Shown here: piece by piece, positions 20,480 through 30,310 of the stretch
How positions within the stretch are numbered: position 1 is the first letter of the stretch
How the letters are laid out: each line of letters opens with the position of its first letter
Source: Spirochaetota bacterium
GTDB lineage: Bacteria > Spirochaetota > UBA4802 > JAFGDQ01
Reading direction: 5' to 3'
Assembly: GCA_016932015.1 (NCBI GenBank)
Contig: JAFGDQ010000066.1
Coordinates: 23,617-87,616 of the forward strand
DNA length: 64,000 nt
Made by a program: the position numbers and the translations under genes
The notes under the pieces: generated by a model
Told to the model about the DNA's origin: nothing
What the model saw: the letters and a program-made list of their open reading frames with translations, nothing else
The model's database searches: none

Positions 20480-23400
20480 TCAGGACTCTGATTCCCCGAC
20501 GGCGTCCAGTACTTTGCGGACAGTGTCTGATAAATCCTGTATATTTAAGGGCTTCATCATAAGCTCGCTTATGCCTGAGGCTATGAGAGTATCAGGTGTA
20601 ATATCCTCGCTGAATCCTGTGCAAAGGATTACCGGAATATTTTCACGGATTTGCTTTATTTCAGATGCCAAAACCAGGCCGGTCATGCCCGGCATTGTCT
20701 GGTCTGTAATAACAAGTTTATAGAGGTCAGGACAGGATCTGAATGCATTCAATGCGTCCGTACTGTTTGTCTGTATATCTACCTCGTAACCCAGGTTGTT
20801 GAGCATTTCCTTCGCCAGCTCGGCAATAAGCGGTTCATCATCTACGTAGAGAATATGTTCATTACCTTTTGACAGACCCGGAACTTCAGAGACTGTTTCC
20901 TGTAATATTGCATTTTGAATTAACGGAAGATAAACAGAAAAAGCGGAGCCTTCATTTATCCGGCTTTCAATATGTATATCTCCTTCATGCTTTTTAATAA
21001 TACCGTAAGCAACTGACAGGCCGAGACCTGTTCCTTCTCCTTTTTCTTTTGTAGTAAAGAAAGGATCAAAGATCTTGTCAATAATTTCAGGTGAAATACC
21101 GTGCCCTGTGTCAGCGACCCTGAGTACCAGGTATTCACCCGGAGAAATCCCCAAATCAGGATTCAGGTTGTTTGCCTGAATACTTTTATTACTGAGTGTA
21201 ATTGAAAGTGTGCCTCCGTTTTTTTTCATGGCGTAGGCCGCGTTTGTACAGAGGTTCATAATGACCTGATGTATCTGGGTCTCATCCGCATTTACAATGT
21301 CATTATCAGCTTTGTTCGTCGTGATAATATCAATAGTTGAGGGTATTGAAGGACGAAGCAGCTTAAGTGATTCATTCACAAGATTCCCGATTGAGGATGG
21401 CTGCATTTCGATTTTATTTTTTCTGCTTAGTGTAAGGATCTGATGCACAAGGTCCGCAGCGCGTTTTCCCGCGGAAAGGATATGACTGAGGTATTCCTTT
21501 AATTTTTCGTCTTTCTGAATATGTCGAAGTGCAATTTCAGCATATCCGGTAATACCGGTCAGTATGTTGTTGAAGTCATGAGCTATTCCCCCTGCCAGTG
21601 TTCCGATAGCCTCTATCTTCTGGGAATTGCGGATATGTTCCTGATAACGGTCCCGTTCCTCTTCCGCTTTTTTGAGTTTTGTAATATCAGCTCCAAAGGC
21701 GCTAACTCCGGAAATCATGCCGTTGTCATCTGTAAAAGGGTAGGCAATTATATAATGATATCTGTTATTTTCGTATAATTCGGTTTCTTTCTTTTCACCG
21801 GACTGCATTACGAGTCTGTCATGGGACATGTAAATTTCAGCTCTTTCCCGATCGTATATATCTATGTCCGTTTTACCCAGTACTTCTTCACGTCTGAAAC
21901 CGCTTCCTTTTTCCCATTCCCGGTTAACCAGAAGATAGCGGCCTTCTTTATCCTTTACACAGAATCCTGCAGAACTGTGTTCGATAAGAGTTGACAAAAA
22001 CTGGCGGTTATTTTTTAATTCGTCCTCGATTTTTTTTCTTTCGGTAACATCATCAAAAAGGGCTATTGCCATTTCCCCTATAAAAGCTATTCTAATTTCC
22101 GCTTCAATGGTTTTCCCGTTTTTAGTGATTATCTGCTGAGGGATCCATTCCGTAATGGATTCCTCCGGAGTTTTGAAAGACGGCCCTTTCTGAAAATACT
22201 GAAGGATAATTTCTTTCCTGAATTTGTCTGCTTCAGGCAGACCTTTTGTCAGCATGTCTTCAAGTGCCGGCAGTTCTTCCCTGGTGTAGCCGAACAGCTT
22301 TACAAAGGGTTTATTAACATATTCCGTTGAAAATTTTCTGAAAAGGCTTACTGCAATCGGCATTTCATCAAGGATAAGTCTTAGCAGTTCTTCGTTTTTA
22401 TTAAGCTCATTATAGGAATAGGCAAGCTCTTCATTCTGTGCTTCGAATTCCTCGTTTGTCGCTTCTAACTCCTCCATGGTTGCCTGCAGTTCCTCATTCG
22501 TAGCTTCAAGCTCTTCCATAGTCGCGCGTAGTTCTTTGTTCGCAGCATTAAGTTCTGTATTTTTTTTTATGAGCTCGGATTCTGTTGTATCCAGGCTTTT
22601 CCTTATTCCGTGATACCGGTCAAACAGGCCGAAGGAAAAGAAGAATATCTGAAAACTGAAACCTGCCTGCCAGCTCCACTGGGTGAATAAAGTTATTGGC
22701 AGAATGTCGAAGTTTTTAAGAATAGAAATTATTGCGCCTGTAATTCCGCATAAAAATCCAATAGAAAGATAATAAGCCTGACGTGATTTTTTCAGAGCCA
22801 TTTGAAAAAGAATAGCTATAAAACAGATAAAAAGAAAAATGCTTACAATCTGAATCGCGATTTTATAGTACATCAGCCAGGTTCTGTTCAGAAACAAAGG
22901 GAGTACAGTGGTGGGAACCAAGGGAATGATTATAAGTTTTTTTATCACAAAGTCCTGTTTTGGAAATTTTTCCGCAGTGTCGAAAAAGAATTTCATAAAA
23001 AGAAAAATCAATACATATTGCAGGGAAAGTAAGGAATATGTACTATGTGTCTGCCACCAGGGCAGTTCAGGCCATATGTACCGGAAGGACAGTCCATTAA
23101 TATTCAGGAAAAGGAGAATGCAGCCGAGAATATAAAGCGCAAAGAACAGAAAAGCTTTTTCCCTTAGAGTAAAGAAAGCTGCTGTTGAATAAATAAAAAC
23201 AGTGAATAATAATCCGTAAAACATCCATAGAAAAGGCAGCTCCTCCAGCAACCGGGAATGGAAGCTTTCATCGGAGTGTATGGTGACGTTAAATTTCAGT
23301 GAGTCAGTAGCGTAAATTCTGAAATAACATGCCGCGGTTTCAATAGTGTCCTGTATATAAAATATAAAATTATTATGCTGTATATCCCGCGAAGAGAACG

Positions 23401-23782
23401 GGAAAGATGTCCCTGTGTGTATTTCGCTTAACGGTTTGCCAGGGATATCAAGGTAAAAAGATATTTCTTCAAAACGGTTGTTTCCTATTTCGAGATAAAC
23501 AGGATGTTCAGATCGTCCGGCATATCTGTAAGTAAAACGGAACCAGTACGGTTTTGTGCTGTACCCGAGGTCAATAGCATTGTTCGTGTTTTTTGACCAT
23601 TCCCTGTCATTTTTTATAATGTCGTCAATTCCGGATAGGCCCGGATCATCTTCGATGTATTCAATTGATTCGCCTATATCCAGAAGTGTGAGGTCATCAG
23701 GGATTATAAGGGTCGGTGCAGCTGCAAAGCAGGGTGCTATTGATAGAAAAATCAATGCTGTGAACGCTATAATATTTCTCAT
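20480..23782 (-). CDS. Hybrid sensor kinase: 7TM-DISM, coiled coil, PAS, HisKA/HATPase, REC
   Basis: [12 protein letters not shown], 7 TMs, [40 protein letters not shown]. Confidence 0.93.
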   Translation of the reverse strand: MRNIIAFTALIFLSIAPCFAAAPTLIIPDDLTLLDIGESIEYIEDDPGLSGIDDIIKNDREWSKNTNNAIDLGYSTKPYWFRFTYRYAGRSEHPVYLEIGNNRFEEISFYLDIPGKPLSEIHTGTSFPFSSRDIQHNNFIFYIQDTIETAACYFRIYATDSLKFNVTIHSDESFHSRLLEELPFLWMFYGLLFTVFIYSTAAFFTLREKAFLFFALYILGCILLFLNINGLSFRYIWPELPWWQTHSTYSLLSLQYVLIFLFMKFFFDTAEKFPKQDFVIKKLIIIPLVPTTVLPLFLNRTWLMYYKIAIQIVSIFLFICFIAILFQMALKKSRQAYYLSIGFLCGITGAIISILKNFDILPITLFTQWSWQAGFSFQIFFFSFGLFDRYHGIRKSLDTTESELIKKNTELNAANKELRATMEELEATNEELQATMEELEATNEEFEAQNEELAYSYNELNKNEELLRLILDEMPIAVSLFRKFSTEYVNKPFVKLFGYTREELPALEDMLTKGLPEADKFRKEIILQYFQKGPSFKTPEESITEWIPQQIITKNGKTIEAEIRIAFIGEMAIALFDDVTERKKIEDELKNNRQFLSTLIEHSSAGFCVKDKEGRYLLVNREWEKGSGFRREEVLGKTDIDIYDRERAEIYMSHDRLVMQSGEKKETELYENNRYHYIIAYPFTDDNGMISGVSAFGADITKLKKAEEERDRYQEHIRNSQKIEAIGTLAGGIAHDFNNILTGITGYAEIALRHIQKDEKLKEYLSHILSAGKRAADLVHQILTLSRKNKIEMQPSSIGNLVNESLKLLRPSIPSTIDIITTNKADNDIVNADETQIHQVIMNLCTNAAYAMKKNGGTLSITLSNKSIQANNLNPDLGISPGEYLVLRVADTGHGISPEIIDKIFDPFFTTKEKGEGTGLGLSVAYGIIKKHEGDIHIESRINEGSAFSVYLPLIQNAILQETVSEVPGLSKGNEHILYVDDEPLIAELAKEMLNNLGYEVDIQTNSTDALNAFRSCPDLYKLVITDQTMPGMTGLVLASEIKQIRENIPVILCTGFSEDITPDTLIASGISELMMKPLNIQDLSDTVRKVLDAVGESES

Positions 23783-24102
23783 GCTTTACCTGTTCACATT
23801 AAAGCGGATATGAACTTTCTTTTTTAATGGTGATTTTGACTTTTTATGTTTTATGATATTTTTATGGCGTAACAACATATTGTATATAAGAAACAGCTGT
23901 CAGTCAAGACAATTAGTGCAGGAGAAAACATCTCAATCATAAGCTGAATCCGCCGCTTTACGGCTGCAAAACAATAAAAGAATTAACATGATACGGTCCT
24001 GTGATTCAGGAAGGCGACATGTTCCGGGACAGGACTGAAGATTGGATTGAAAGGCAGAAAAAACTTCCGGGTGCAGGACTGCTGAATAATTGATCTTCCT
24101 GA

Positions 24103-24139
24103 AACAAAAAAGGACAGCATTTAGCTGTCCTTTTTTGTT
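24103..24139. terminator. Intrinsic terminator after the folD-like gene
   Basis: Perfect inverted repeat AACAAAAAAGGACAGC-ATTTA-GCTGTCCTTTTTTGTT. Confidence 0.9.
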
Positions 24140-24161
24140 AAATAAAAGAAATGTAATTTTC

Positions 24162-25505
24162 CTATTTCATAAGTGAAGGAAGTATCGCTTCAAGAGCATC
24201 AACTGCGTGACAGGGATGAGTGTCCGCGTTTATTGCCCTGTTGTAAAGAGCTTCAGCGTTAGCTGCCGCTTCGGGTTCGGCGCTTCCCGCGTATTCAGCC
24301 AGAAGCTTGCTGAAAGTTGAAAGAACAAGAGACTTGTTGTCTTCAAGAGCTTTTCTTACGCTCGCAACATTCTGATAAAGCATTCCTTTCCAGCCCTGGT
24401 AAACAAGCTTTGTTACTGTAGCAGGCCCTACTCCGCCTGTCTCAAGTGTGAACGCGCAGGCTTTTGAACGTGCGGAAGGCTCAATGTCTCCGTAAGGCTT
24501 TTTGCCGTCTTTTCTGAAAGAAGTGGAAGCGTCGATTATGAGAACGCCGTCTTTAAGCATATCCGCGTTGAAGAAATATTCCGTATCAGGATGAACATTG
24601 TAAGGATGGAAACCCATACAGCTAAAAACAATGTCAGCTCTTTGTGAAAGTTCGGTATAAACTCTGTGCTGTGTTTCTTTGTCGCTTTTGCCGCCTGAGC
24701 CGTTTCTTGTATGCAGAGGCCCGAGTACTGTAGCGTCAAAACATTTCAGCATATTGCATAGAGGCTCGCCTACGATAGCGCTCCTTCCCGCTATCAGGAC
24801 TTCGTATCCGCCGAAGCTTGCGATTCCGTCCGGCCTCATTTTTGCGCCTTTGTTACGCACAAGATAAACACTCGCGAGATCAAGCATCCCGCTTGGAGTA
24901 CAGCAGTCAAAATAACGGTCAGCAGCGAGAGACATTAAACCAAGTGTCACCTGGTTAAGGCCGTCACCGTCTTTTGAAATGTGTATGCGGTTGCAGAGTT
25001 CTGTTGTGTCAATATCCTCACCGGCTTTTCCGCCGAAAGGAAGCTGGAACATAAGAATGGAAATAGTGTTGTCCTTGTTCCATTTGTCGAGGTTTGCGTA
25101 CATTTCCTTTGCAGTAATTGTTGAAGGAAATTCTTCAACCATACTGGACAATCCTGAAAGTTTTGTTGTTGCCGCTTTCATTCCTACGTAACTTCTTGAT
25201 GCTGCAACTTTAGGATCGTCTTTGTCTCCTACCAGTACTGTCAGTACTTTAAAATCAGCAGGATTAATGTCTTTTAATGCCTTCAACTCTTTCAGGAAAT
25301 CTGAACGTTTCTTTAATTCAGGGATAATAACTTCCTGATATCCTTTGGGATATTTCTGTTCTTTATTTACTACGCCGGAACCGTTGATAACATTAGTGTA
25401 ATCCTCGTCTCTGAACGGACGTGAAATCAGATGATGAAATTCATCCTGTGCAAATAACCAGTGATTTAATCCCCCTATACGGGAACTGTACTCTCTGTAA
25501 GCCAT
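24162..25505 (-). CDS. folD: Divergent, elongated methylenetetrahydrofolate dehydrogenase/cyclohydrolase (FolD family)
   Basis: YxxxK (SYVGMK), QLP, KDGDG, CTP, GRSAIVG, GGVGPAT; GGAGG before ATG 25505. Confidence 0.8.
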   Translation of the reverse strand: MAYREYSSRIGGLNHWLFAQDEFHHLISRPFRDEDYTNVINGSGVVNKEQKYPKGYQEVIIPELKKRSDFLKELKALKDINPADFKVLTVLVGDKDDPKVAASRSYVGMKAATTKLSGLSSMVEEFPSTITAKEMYANLDKWNKDNTISILMFQLPFGGKAGEDIDTTELCNRIHISKDGDGLNQVTLGLMSLAADRYFDCCTPSGMLDLASVYLVRNKGAKMRPDGIASFGGYEVLIAGRSAIVGEPLCNMLKCFDATVLGPLHTRNGSGGKSDKETQHRVYTELSQRADIVFSCMGFHPYNVHPDTEYFFNADMLKDGVLIIDASTSFRKDGKKPYGDIEPSARSKACAFTLETGGVGPATVTKLVYQGWKGMLYQNVASVRKALEDNKSLVLSTFSKLLAEYAGSAEPEAAANAEALYNRAINADTHPCHAVDALEAILPSLMK

Positions 25506-25904
25506 GTCATTGACCTCCAATTATTTAATAATATTTTTCATGGAAAAAGTTAATATACATAGATCATAAAAAAATCAGTACTTGTTTTAATTTATATTTA
25601 TTATTGCATTTTGCAATTATATATATATTTAACAGCTTATTAATGTGATTAAAAATGTCCTGTGCATGGTTGTCATTTCTTTTTTTAAAAATTTTGCAGG
25701 AAATCCGGTAATCCGGAAAATTTATACGATATTTCATTATTTTAATACCCTGTTATAAGGAAATTCAGATTATAATATTTGATTTGATGCCCTTCAGCTG
25801 GTTTCTCCAAATTGTCATTGACAAAATTATTTTACAAATTTTGACTGTTGTAAGTATTTATTAAATGTTTTTTTCAGGTAAATAATCCGGAATTTATTCC
25901 ATAT

Positions 25905-26120
25905 AAATACATAGTGTGCAGATGCTCCTGAAACAGGAGTAAAAAAGGGAAGCCCGTGAAAGCCGGGCACGGGCCCGCCGCTGTAACCGGGGACGAAAAC
26001 CGCAAAATACTTTTGATCCTTCAGGATCAAAAGTATTAAGGCACTGTCTGTCGATGAAGACCGATGGGAATGCGCGGTAATTAGATTGATCCGGAAGTCA
26101 GAAGACCTTTCTGTACAATA
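25905..26120 (+). promoter_or_regulatory. Cobalamin riboswitch
   Basis: AAAGGGAAGCCCGTGAAAGCCGGGCACGGGCCCGCCGCTGTAA core, GCACTG...GGGAA, B12-box-like GTCAGAAGACCT, P1 pairing TGTGCAGA/TCTGTACA; upstream of cob genes. Confidence 0.92.
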
Positions 26121-26175
26121 ACACCCGGGTTCGGAGATAAAACCTGTGTGAGATGAATCGCGGATAAGAAAAGGG

Positions 26176-26208
26176 AATCCCGGGCACGAGCATGTTCGGG
26201 ATTTTTTT
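26176..26208 (+). terminator. Attenuator terminator of the riboswitch
   Basis: AATCCCGGGCA-CGAGCA-TGTTCGGGATT followed by T-run, between aptamer and cbiA. Confidence 0.75.
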
Positions 26209-26344
26209 ATTAATACAGTTTGCGTATGCAGTAAATTGATTTTTGAATACAGACGATCCGGGAAACGGAGGACTGACTCATGCTAAAAAATTTAGCATAA
26301 GACAGCCCTACCGGGAAGCAGAGAAAGATACGTAAAGGCGGTAT

Positions 26345-27700
26345 ATGAAAGCAATTGTAATAGCCGGAATTCAGAGCGGTACCGGGAAAACAACAGTAAG
26401 CATGGCAGTGATGCGGTGTCTGAAAAACAGAGGCAGGAATGTTGCTCCGTTTAAAACCGGGCCGGATTATATAGATCCCAAGTTTCACAAATTTATCACA
26501 GGCAATTCTTCATATAATCTTGACTCCTGGATGCTCGATGAAAATACTCTGAAATACCTTTTCCGGAAAAACAGCATGAATAAAGACATTGCTGTAGCTG
26601 AAGGAGTGATGGGGCTTTTTGACGGCAGCGGCACGGATGGCACAGGCAGTACTGCTCATCTGGCAAAAATACTCGGTGTTCCGGTAGTGCTTGTAGTTAA
26701 TGCTTCAGGTATGTCGGAAAGCGCGGCAGCAATGGTAATGGGCTATCGGGATTATGACAGAGATGTTGATCTTCGCGGTGTTATTTTTAACCGTGTATCC
26801 GGAGAGAGCCATTACTCTTTTCTTAAAAAAGCGGTAGAAAGAGATACAGGAGTCAAATGCCTGGGATATCTTGCTAAGAATGAAGAGATTAAACTCAGGA
26901 GCCGGCATCTGGGTTTAATTCCTGTTGAAGAGCTTGATGAACTTGAAGAGCAGGCTGATGCTTTGTCTGTTTCAGCTGAAGAGACAATAGACATTGACGG
27001 TATTGAAGAAATAGCAGAGATAAATGATCCGGAGAATAACATAAACGGGATATGTTTTCCTGAAGACGCAGGTAAAGGCCTCAAAATAGGAATGGCAATG
27101 GATGAGGCATTTAACTTTTATTATATGGACAATCTGAATCTGATGAAGGAAAGCGGAATTGACGTGGTTGAGTTCAGTCCGCTGAATGATGAGAAGCTTC
27201 CTGAAAATATTGACGGGCTTTATATTGGAGGCGGATTTCCTGAAGTATTCACGGAAAAAATTGCAGCAAATGTATCTATGAGAGAGGAGATAAAACAGAA
27301 AGCTCTGGCCGGGATGCCGGTTTATGCTGAATGCGGCGGCCTTATGTATCTAAGTACAGGTATTATACCTGAAGACGGGAAGTTTTATCCTGCGGTTGAT
27401 TTCTTCAAATGCAAAACAAGGATGACAAAAAGACTTCAGCGTTTCGGATATATTGAAGTGGAATACAATGGAATAATTACAAAGGCGCATGAGTTTCATC
27501 ATACTGTGCTTGAAGATGCTGATGAGACTGATTTTAATTACGCGTATTCAGTGAGAAATATTAATCGCGGCAGAGAATGGAAATGCGGACTTGTTAAAAG
27601 GAATGTACTGGCAGGTTATCCGCATATTCATTTTTACTCCAACCCGGAATTTTACGGGGAAATAATATCTCTTTTCAGAAAAGGAAAAGCTGACAGATAA
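26345..27700 (+). CDS. cbiA: Cobyrinate a,c-diamide synthase
   Basis: SGTGKTT, FKTGPDYIDP, EGVMGLFDG, SRHLGL, GGGFPE, AECGGLMYL. Confidence 0.95.
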   Translation: MKAIVIAGIQSGTGKTTVSMAVMRCLKNRGRNVAPFKTGPDYIDPKFHKFITGNSSYNLDSWMLDENTLKYLFRKNSMNKDIAVAEGVMGLFDGSGTDGTGSTAHLAKILGVPVVLVVNASGMSESAAAMVMGYRDYDRDVDLRGVIFNRVSGESHYSFLKKAVERDTGVKCLGYLAKNEEIKLRSRHLGLIPVEELDELEEQADALSVSAEETIDIDGIEEIAEINDPENNINGICFPEDAGKGLKIGMAMDEAFNFYYMDNLNLMKESGIDVVEFSPLNDEKLPENIDGLYIGGGFPEVFTEKIAANVSMREEIKQKALAGMPVYAECGGLMYLSTGIIPEDGKFYPAVDFFKCKTRMTKRLQRFGYIEVEYNGIITKAHEFHHTVLEDADETDFNYAYSVRNINRGREWKCGLVKRNVLAGYPHIHFYSNPEFYGEIISLFRKGKADR

Positions 27701-27723
27701 TATTTAATCAGGTAAAATTAAAA

Positions 27724-28284
27724 ATGAGCATGATCAGGTTTATTACAGGCGGAGCAAGAAGCGGCAAGAGCAGGTTTGCTGAAGACTTCCTGAAGAATGA
27801 AGATAATGTTATTTATATAGCAACAGGTATTGCGTTTGACGATGAGATGAAGGACAGGATCGCGAAGCATCAGGAGTCGCGCAACAGCAAATGGATCACT
27901 TTAGAGGCTTATAAGGGATTTAAAGAGATATTAAAGGATAAGCTTGCTGACAGGGAATTTATGCTTCTTGATTGTGTTACAATAATGGTGACCAATCTCA
28001 TGATTCTTGAAAAGAATATTGACTGGGACAAAATTGATCCTGATGAAGTTAATAAAATCGAAAAAACCATACAGGATGAAGTGCTCGGTTTTATGGATGC
28101 CGCAAAGAATTTTTCCGGTCAGACAATTATTGTATCAAATGAACTGGGAATGGGAATTGTCCCGCCGACCCCTGTTGGCAGGCATTACAGAGATATAGCG
28201 GGCAGGATGAATCAGATCATTGCCGGTATAGCGGACGAAGTATATTTTGTTGTGTCCGGGATTCCGGTGAAAATAAAAGGTTAA
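27724..28284 (+). CDS. cobU: Adenosylcobinamide kinase / phosphate guanylyltransferase
   Basis: GGARSGKS, EMKDRIAKHQ, VSNELGMGIVP, RDIAGRMNQ. Confidence 0.95.
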   Translation: MSMIRFITGGARSGKSRFAEDFLKNEDNVIYIATGIAFDDEMKDRIAKHQESRNSKWITLEAYKGFKEILKDKLADREFMLLDCVTIMVTNLMILEKNIDWDKIDPDEVNKIEKTIQDEVLGFMDAAKNFSGQTIIVSNELGMGIVPPTPVGRHYRDIAGRMNQIIAGIADEVYFVVSGIPVKIKG

Positions 28285-28286
28285 TA

Positions 28287-28817
28287 ATGGAAAAAGGCCT
28301 TGTACAGATTTATACCGGGAACGGTAAAGGCAAAACTACAGCTGCCGTAGGACTGGCCTTAAGAGCTGCGGGAAGAAACCTTAAAGTAATTATTGTTCAG
28401 TTTCTGAAACATCCGGATACAGGTGAAGTTATGTGTCTTACTGATAAAATTCCGGAAATTGAAATACACAGGTTCAATTCACAGACTAAATTTATCCGTG
28501 TAATGAATGATGAGGAACTGGATAAGTTAAAAAAAGAAACAGAATCAGGCCTGGATTTAACCAGAAAAATAATTACTGAAAATAAATGTGATGTTCTTAT
28601 TCTGGATGAATGTATGGGAGTTGTCAATAACGGTTTTATATCTGTAAAGGATTTTATTGAATTGATTAAGTCGAGGCCGGAAACTATGGAAATAGTGCTT
28701 ACAGGCCGGGACGCTGATCCGGAACTGGTTGAAATCGCTGACCTGGTAACCGAGATGACAAAAATCAAGCATCCCTATGACCTGGGAATCGCTGCAAGGA
28801 CGGGAATTGAAAAATGA
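28287..28817 (+). CDS. cobO: Cob(I)yrinic acid a,c-diamide adenosyltransferase (CobA/BtuR/CobO)
   Basis: YTGNGKGKTTAA, VQFLK, ILDE, VLTGR, ADLVTEM, KHPY. Confidence 0.93.
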   Translation: MEKGLVQIYTGNGKGKTTAAVGLALRAAGRNLKVIIVQFLKHPDTGEVMCLTDKIPEIEIHRFNSQTKFIRVMNDEELDKLKKETESGLDLTRKIITENKCDVLILDECMGVVNNGFISVKDFIELIKSRPETMEIVLTGRDADPELVEIADLVTEMTKIKHPYDLGIAARTGIEK

Positions 28818-29572
28818 TAAAAGGATTTTTACTTCAGCTGCAGTTTCTTACCCGTATTCCTGTCCCGTCAAAAATAAAATTTGAAGAAAGAGCCTTTGCA
28901 AGGGGAATTGTTTTTGCACCTGTTATCGGGTTGATAATCGGCCTTGTTATGGCAGGAATATATTATGCTGTATTTTATTTGACTTCAAAACAGCTGCCTG
29001 CCCTTATCCTGGCTGTTATCTTCGAAATTCTCATTACCGGCGGCCTTCATCTTGACGGCCTTGCAGACACATTTGACGCGATTTTCAGCAACCGTTCCAG
29101 GGAGCGGATCATTGAGATTATGAAAGACTCCCGCATAGGCACAACAGGCGCGCTTGCTTTGATCATGGTTATAATAAGCAAGCCTGGACTGCTTGTCTCT
29201 TTTGACAGTTCCAGTATACTGAAATGTTTACTGATTATGCCTGTTGTATCCAGAATGAATATTGTATGGGCTGCGGGTATAACATCGTATGCAAAAAAAG
29301 ACGGTCTGGGACTCGGTATTGTAAAGACTACCGGCATGAAAGAGGTCATAATCGCTAGTGTAATTGCTGTTGGCGTAAGTGTGTATTTTCTGAAATTCGC
29401 AGCACTGGCAGTATTCCCGGCTGCTGTTCTTTTCGTATTTTTATTTGTCAGCTATGTTAAGAAAAAGATAGGCGGAATTACAGGTGATATTATTGGCGCT
29501 GTTATTGAATTGACTGAAATTGTTGTTCTTTTTACTCTGTTATTTTTTGAAGCAGGGATAAAATTATTATAA
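28814..29572 (+). CDS. cobS: Adenosylcobinamide-GDP ribazoletransferase
   Basis: FLTRIP, TGGLHLDGLADTFD, IMKDSRIG, GGITGDIIGA. Confidence 0.95.
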   Translation: MIKGFLLQLQFLTRIPVPSKIKFEERAFARGIVFAPVIGLIIGLVMAGIYYAVFYLTSKQLPALILAVIFEILITGGLHLDGLADTFDAIFSNRSRERIIEIMKDSRIGTTGALALIMVIISKPGLLVSFDSSSILKCLLIMPVVSRMNIVWAAGITSYAKKDGLGLGIVKTTGMKEVIIASVIAVGVSVYFLKFAALAVFPAAVLFVFLFVSYVKKKIGGITGDIIGAVIELTEIVVLFTLLFFEAGIKLL

Positions 29573-29636
29573 ATATTTTTCTGCGGGGGCGAATAATTAT
29601 TCGAACTTACGGGCAGAATTTTTACAGGATTAAAAT

Positions 29637-30239
29637 ATGGCTGAAATTTTGCTGATCAGACACGGGGAAACGGACTACAATAAAAACGGAAAGTTCGGCG
29701 GAAAGTCTGATATTGATTTAAATAAACAGGGCAGGGAACAGGCCCGTTTTCTGTCCGAATATTTGAAGGATGAAAAAATCGATCATTTCTATTCCAGCGA
29801 TTTAAAGAGATGCGTTAACACAGGTGATAGTATAATATGTTCCGGTGAAAAGATTTACTGCAAAGATTTCCGGGAAATGAGCTTCGGTAACTGGGAAGGA
29901 ATGACATATGATGAGATTAAAGAGAAGCATCCTTTTGAACTGGAGGAGTGGGAAAACGACTGGATTTACAAGATGGTTCCGGGCGGTGAAAGCTTTACTG
30001 ATATGAGCACCAGGGTGATAAGCCGGTTCGAGGAAATACTTGGTAAGCATATTGACAGTGCAGACAGGATTGCTCTCGTTACACACAGCGGGTGCATCAG
30101 GGCAATACTCGGGCATTACATTGCAGGCTCTTTGAAGAACTGCTGGAAATTCCACATTGATAATGCGTCTGTCTCAAGATTGAAATGTTCGGGTGACTAC
30201 GTTTATTTAAAGTCATTAAATGAAAAAAGATACAATTAG
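29637..30239 (+). CDS. cobC: Alpha-ribazole phosphatase (histidine phosphatase)
   Basis: RHGET, SSDLKR, EMSFGNWEG, PGGES, VTHSG; cob operon context. Confidence 0.85.
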   Translation: MAEILLIRHGETDYNKNGKFGGKSDIDLNKQGREQARFLSEYLKDEKIDHFYSSDLKRCVNTGDSIICSGEKIYCKDFREMSFGNWEGMTYDEIKEKHPFELEEWENDWIYKMVPGGESFTDMSTRVISRFEEILGKHIDSADRIALVTHSGCIRAILGHYIAGSLKNCWKFHIDNASVSRLKCSGDYVYLKSLNEKRYN

Positions 30240-30310
30240 GAATTTGTTTTTATTATACAACTTCCGGTTGATAAAACATATATTAGAGGATTCAGAGTCA
30301 GGGTTTAAAT

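Noticed and set aside
25827-26030. 67-aa minus-strand ORF
   Set aside because: Antisense to the cobalamin riboswitch with no protein features.
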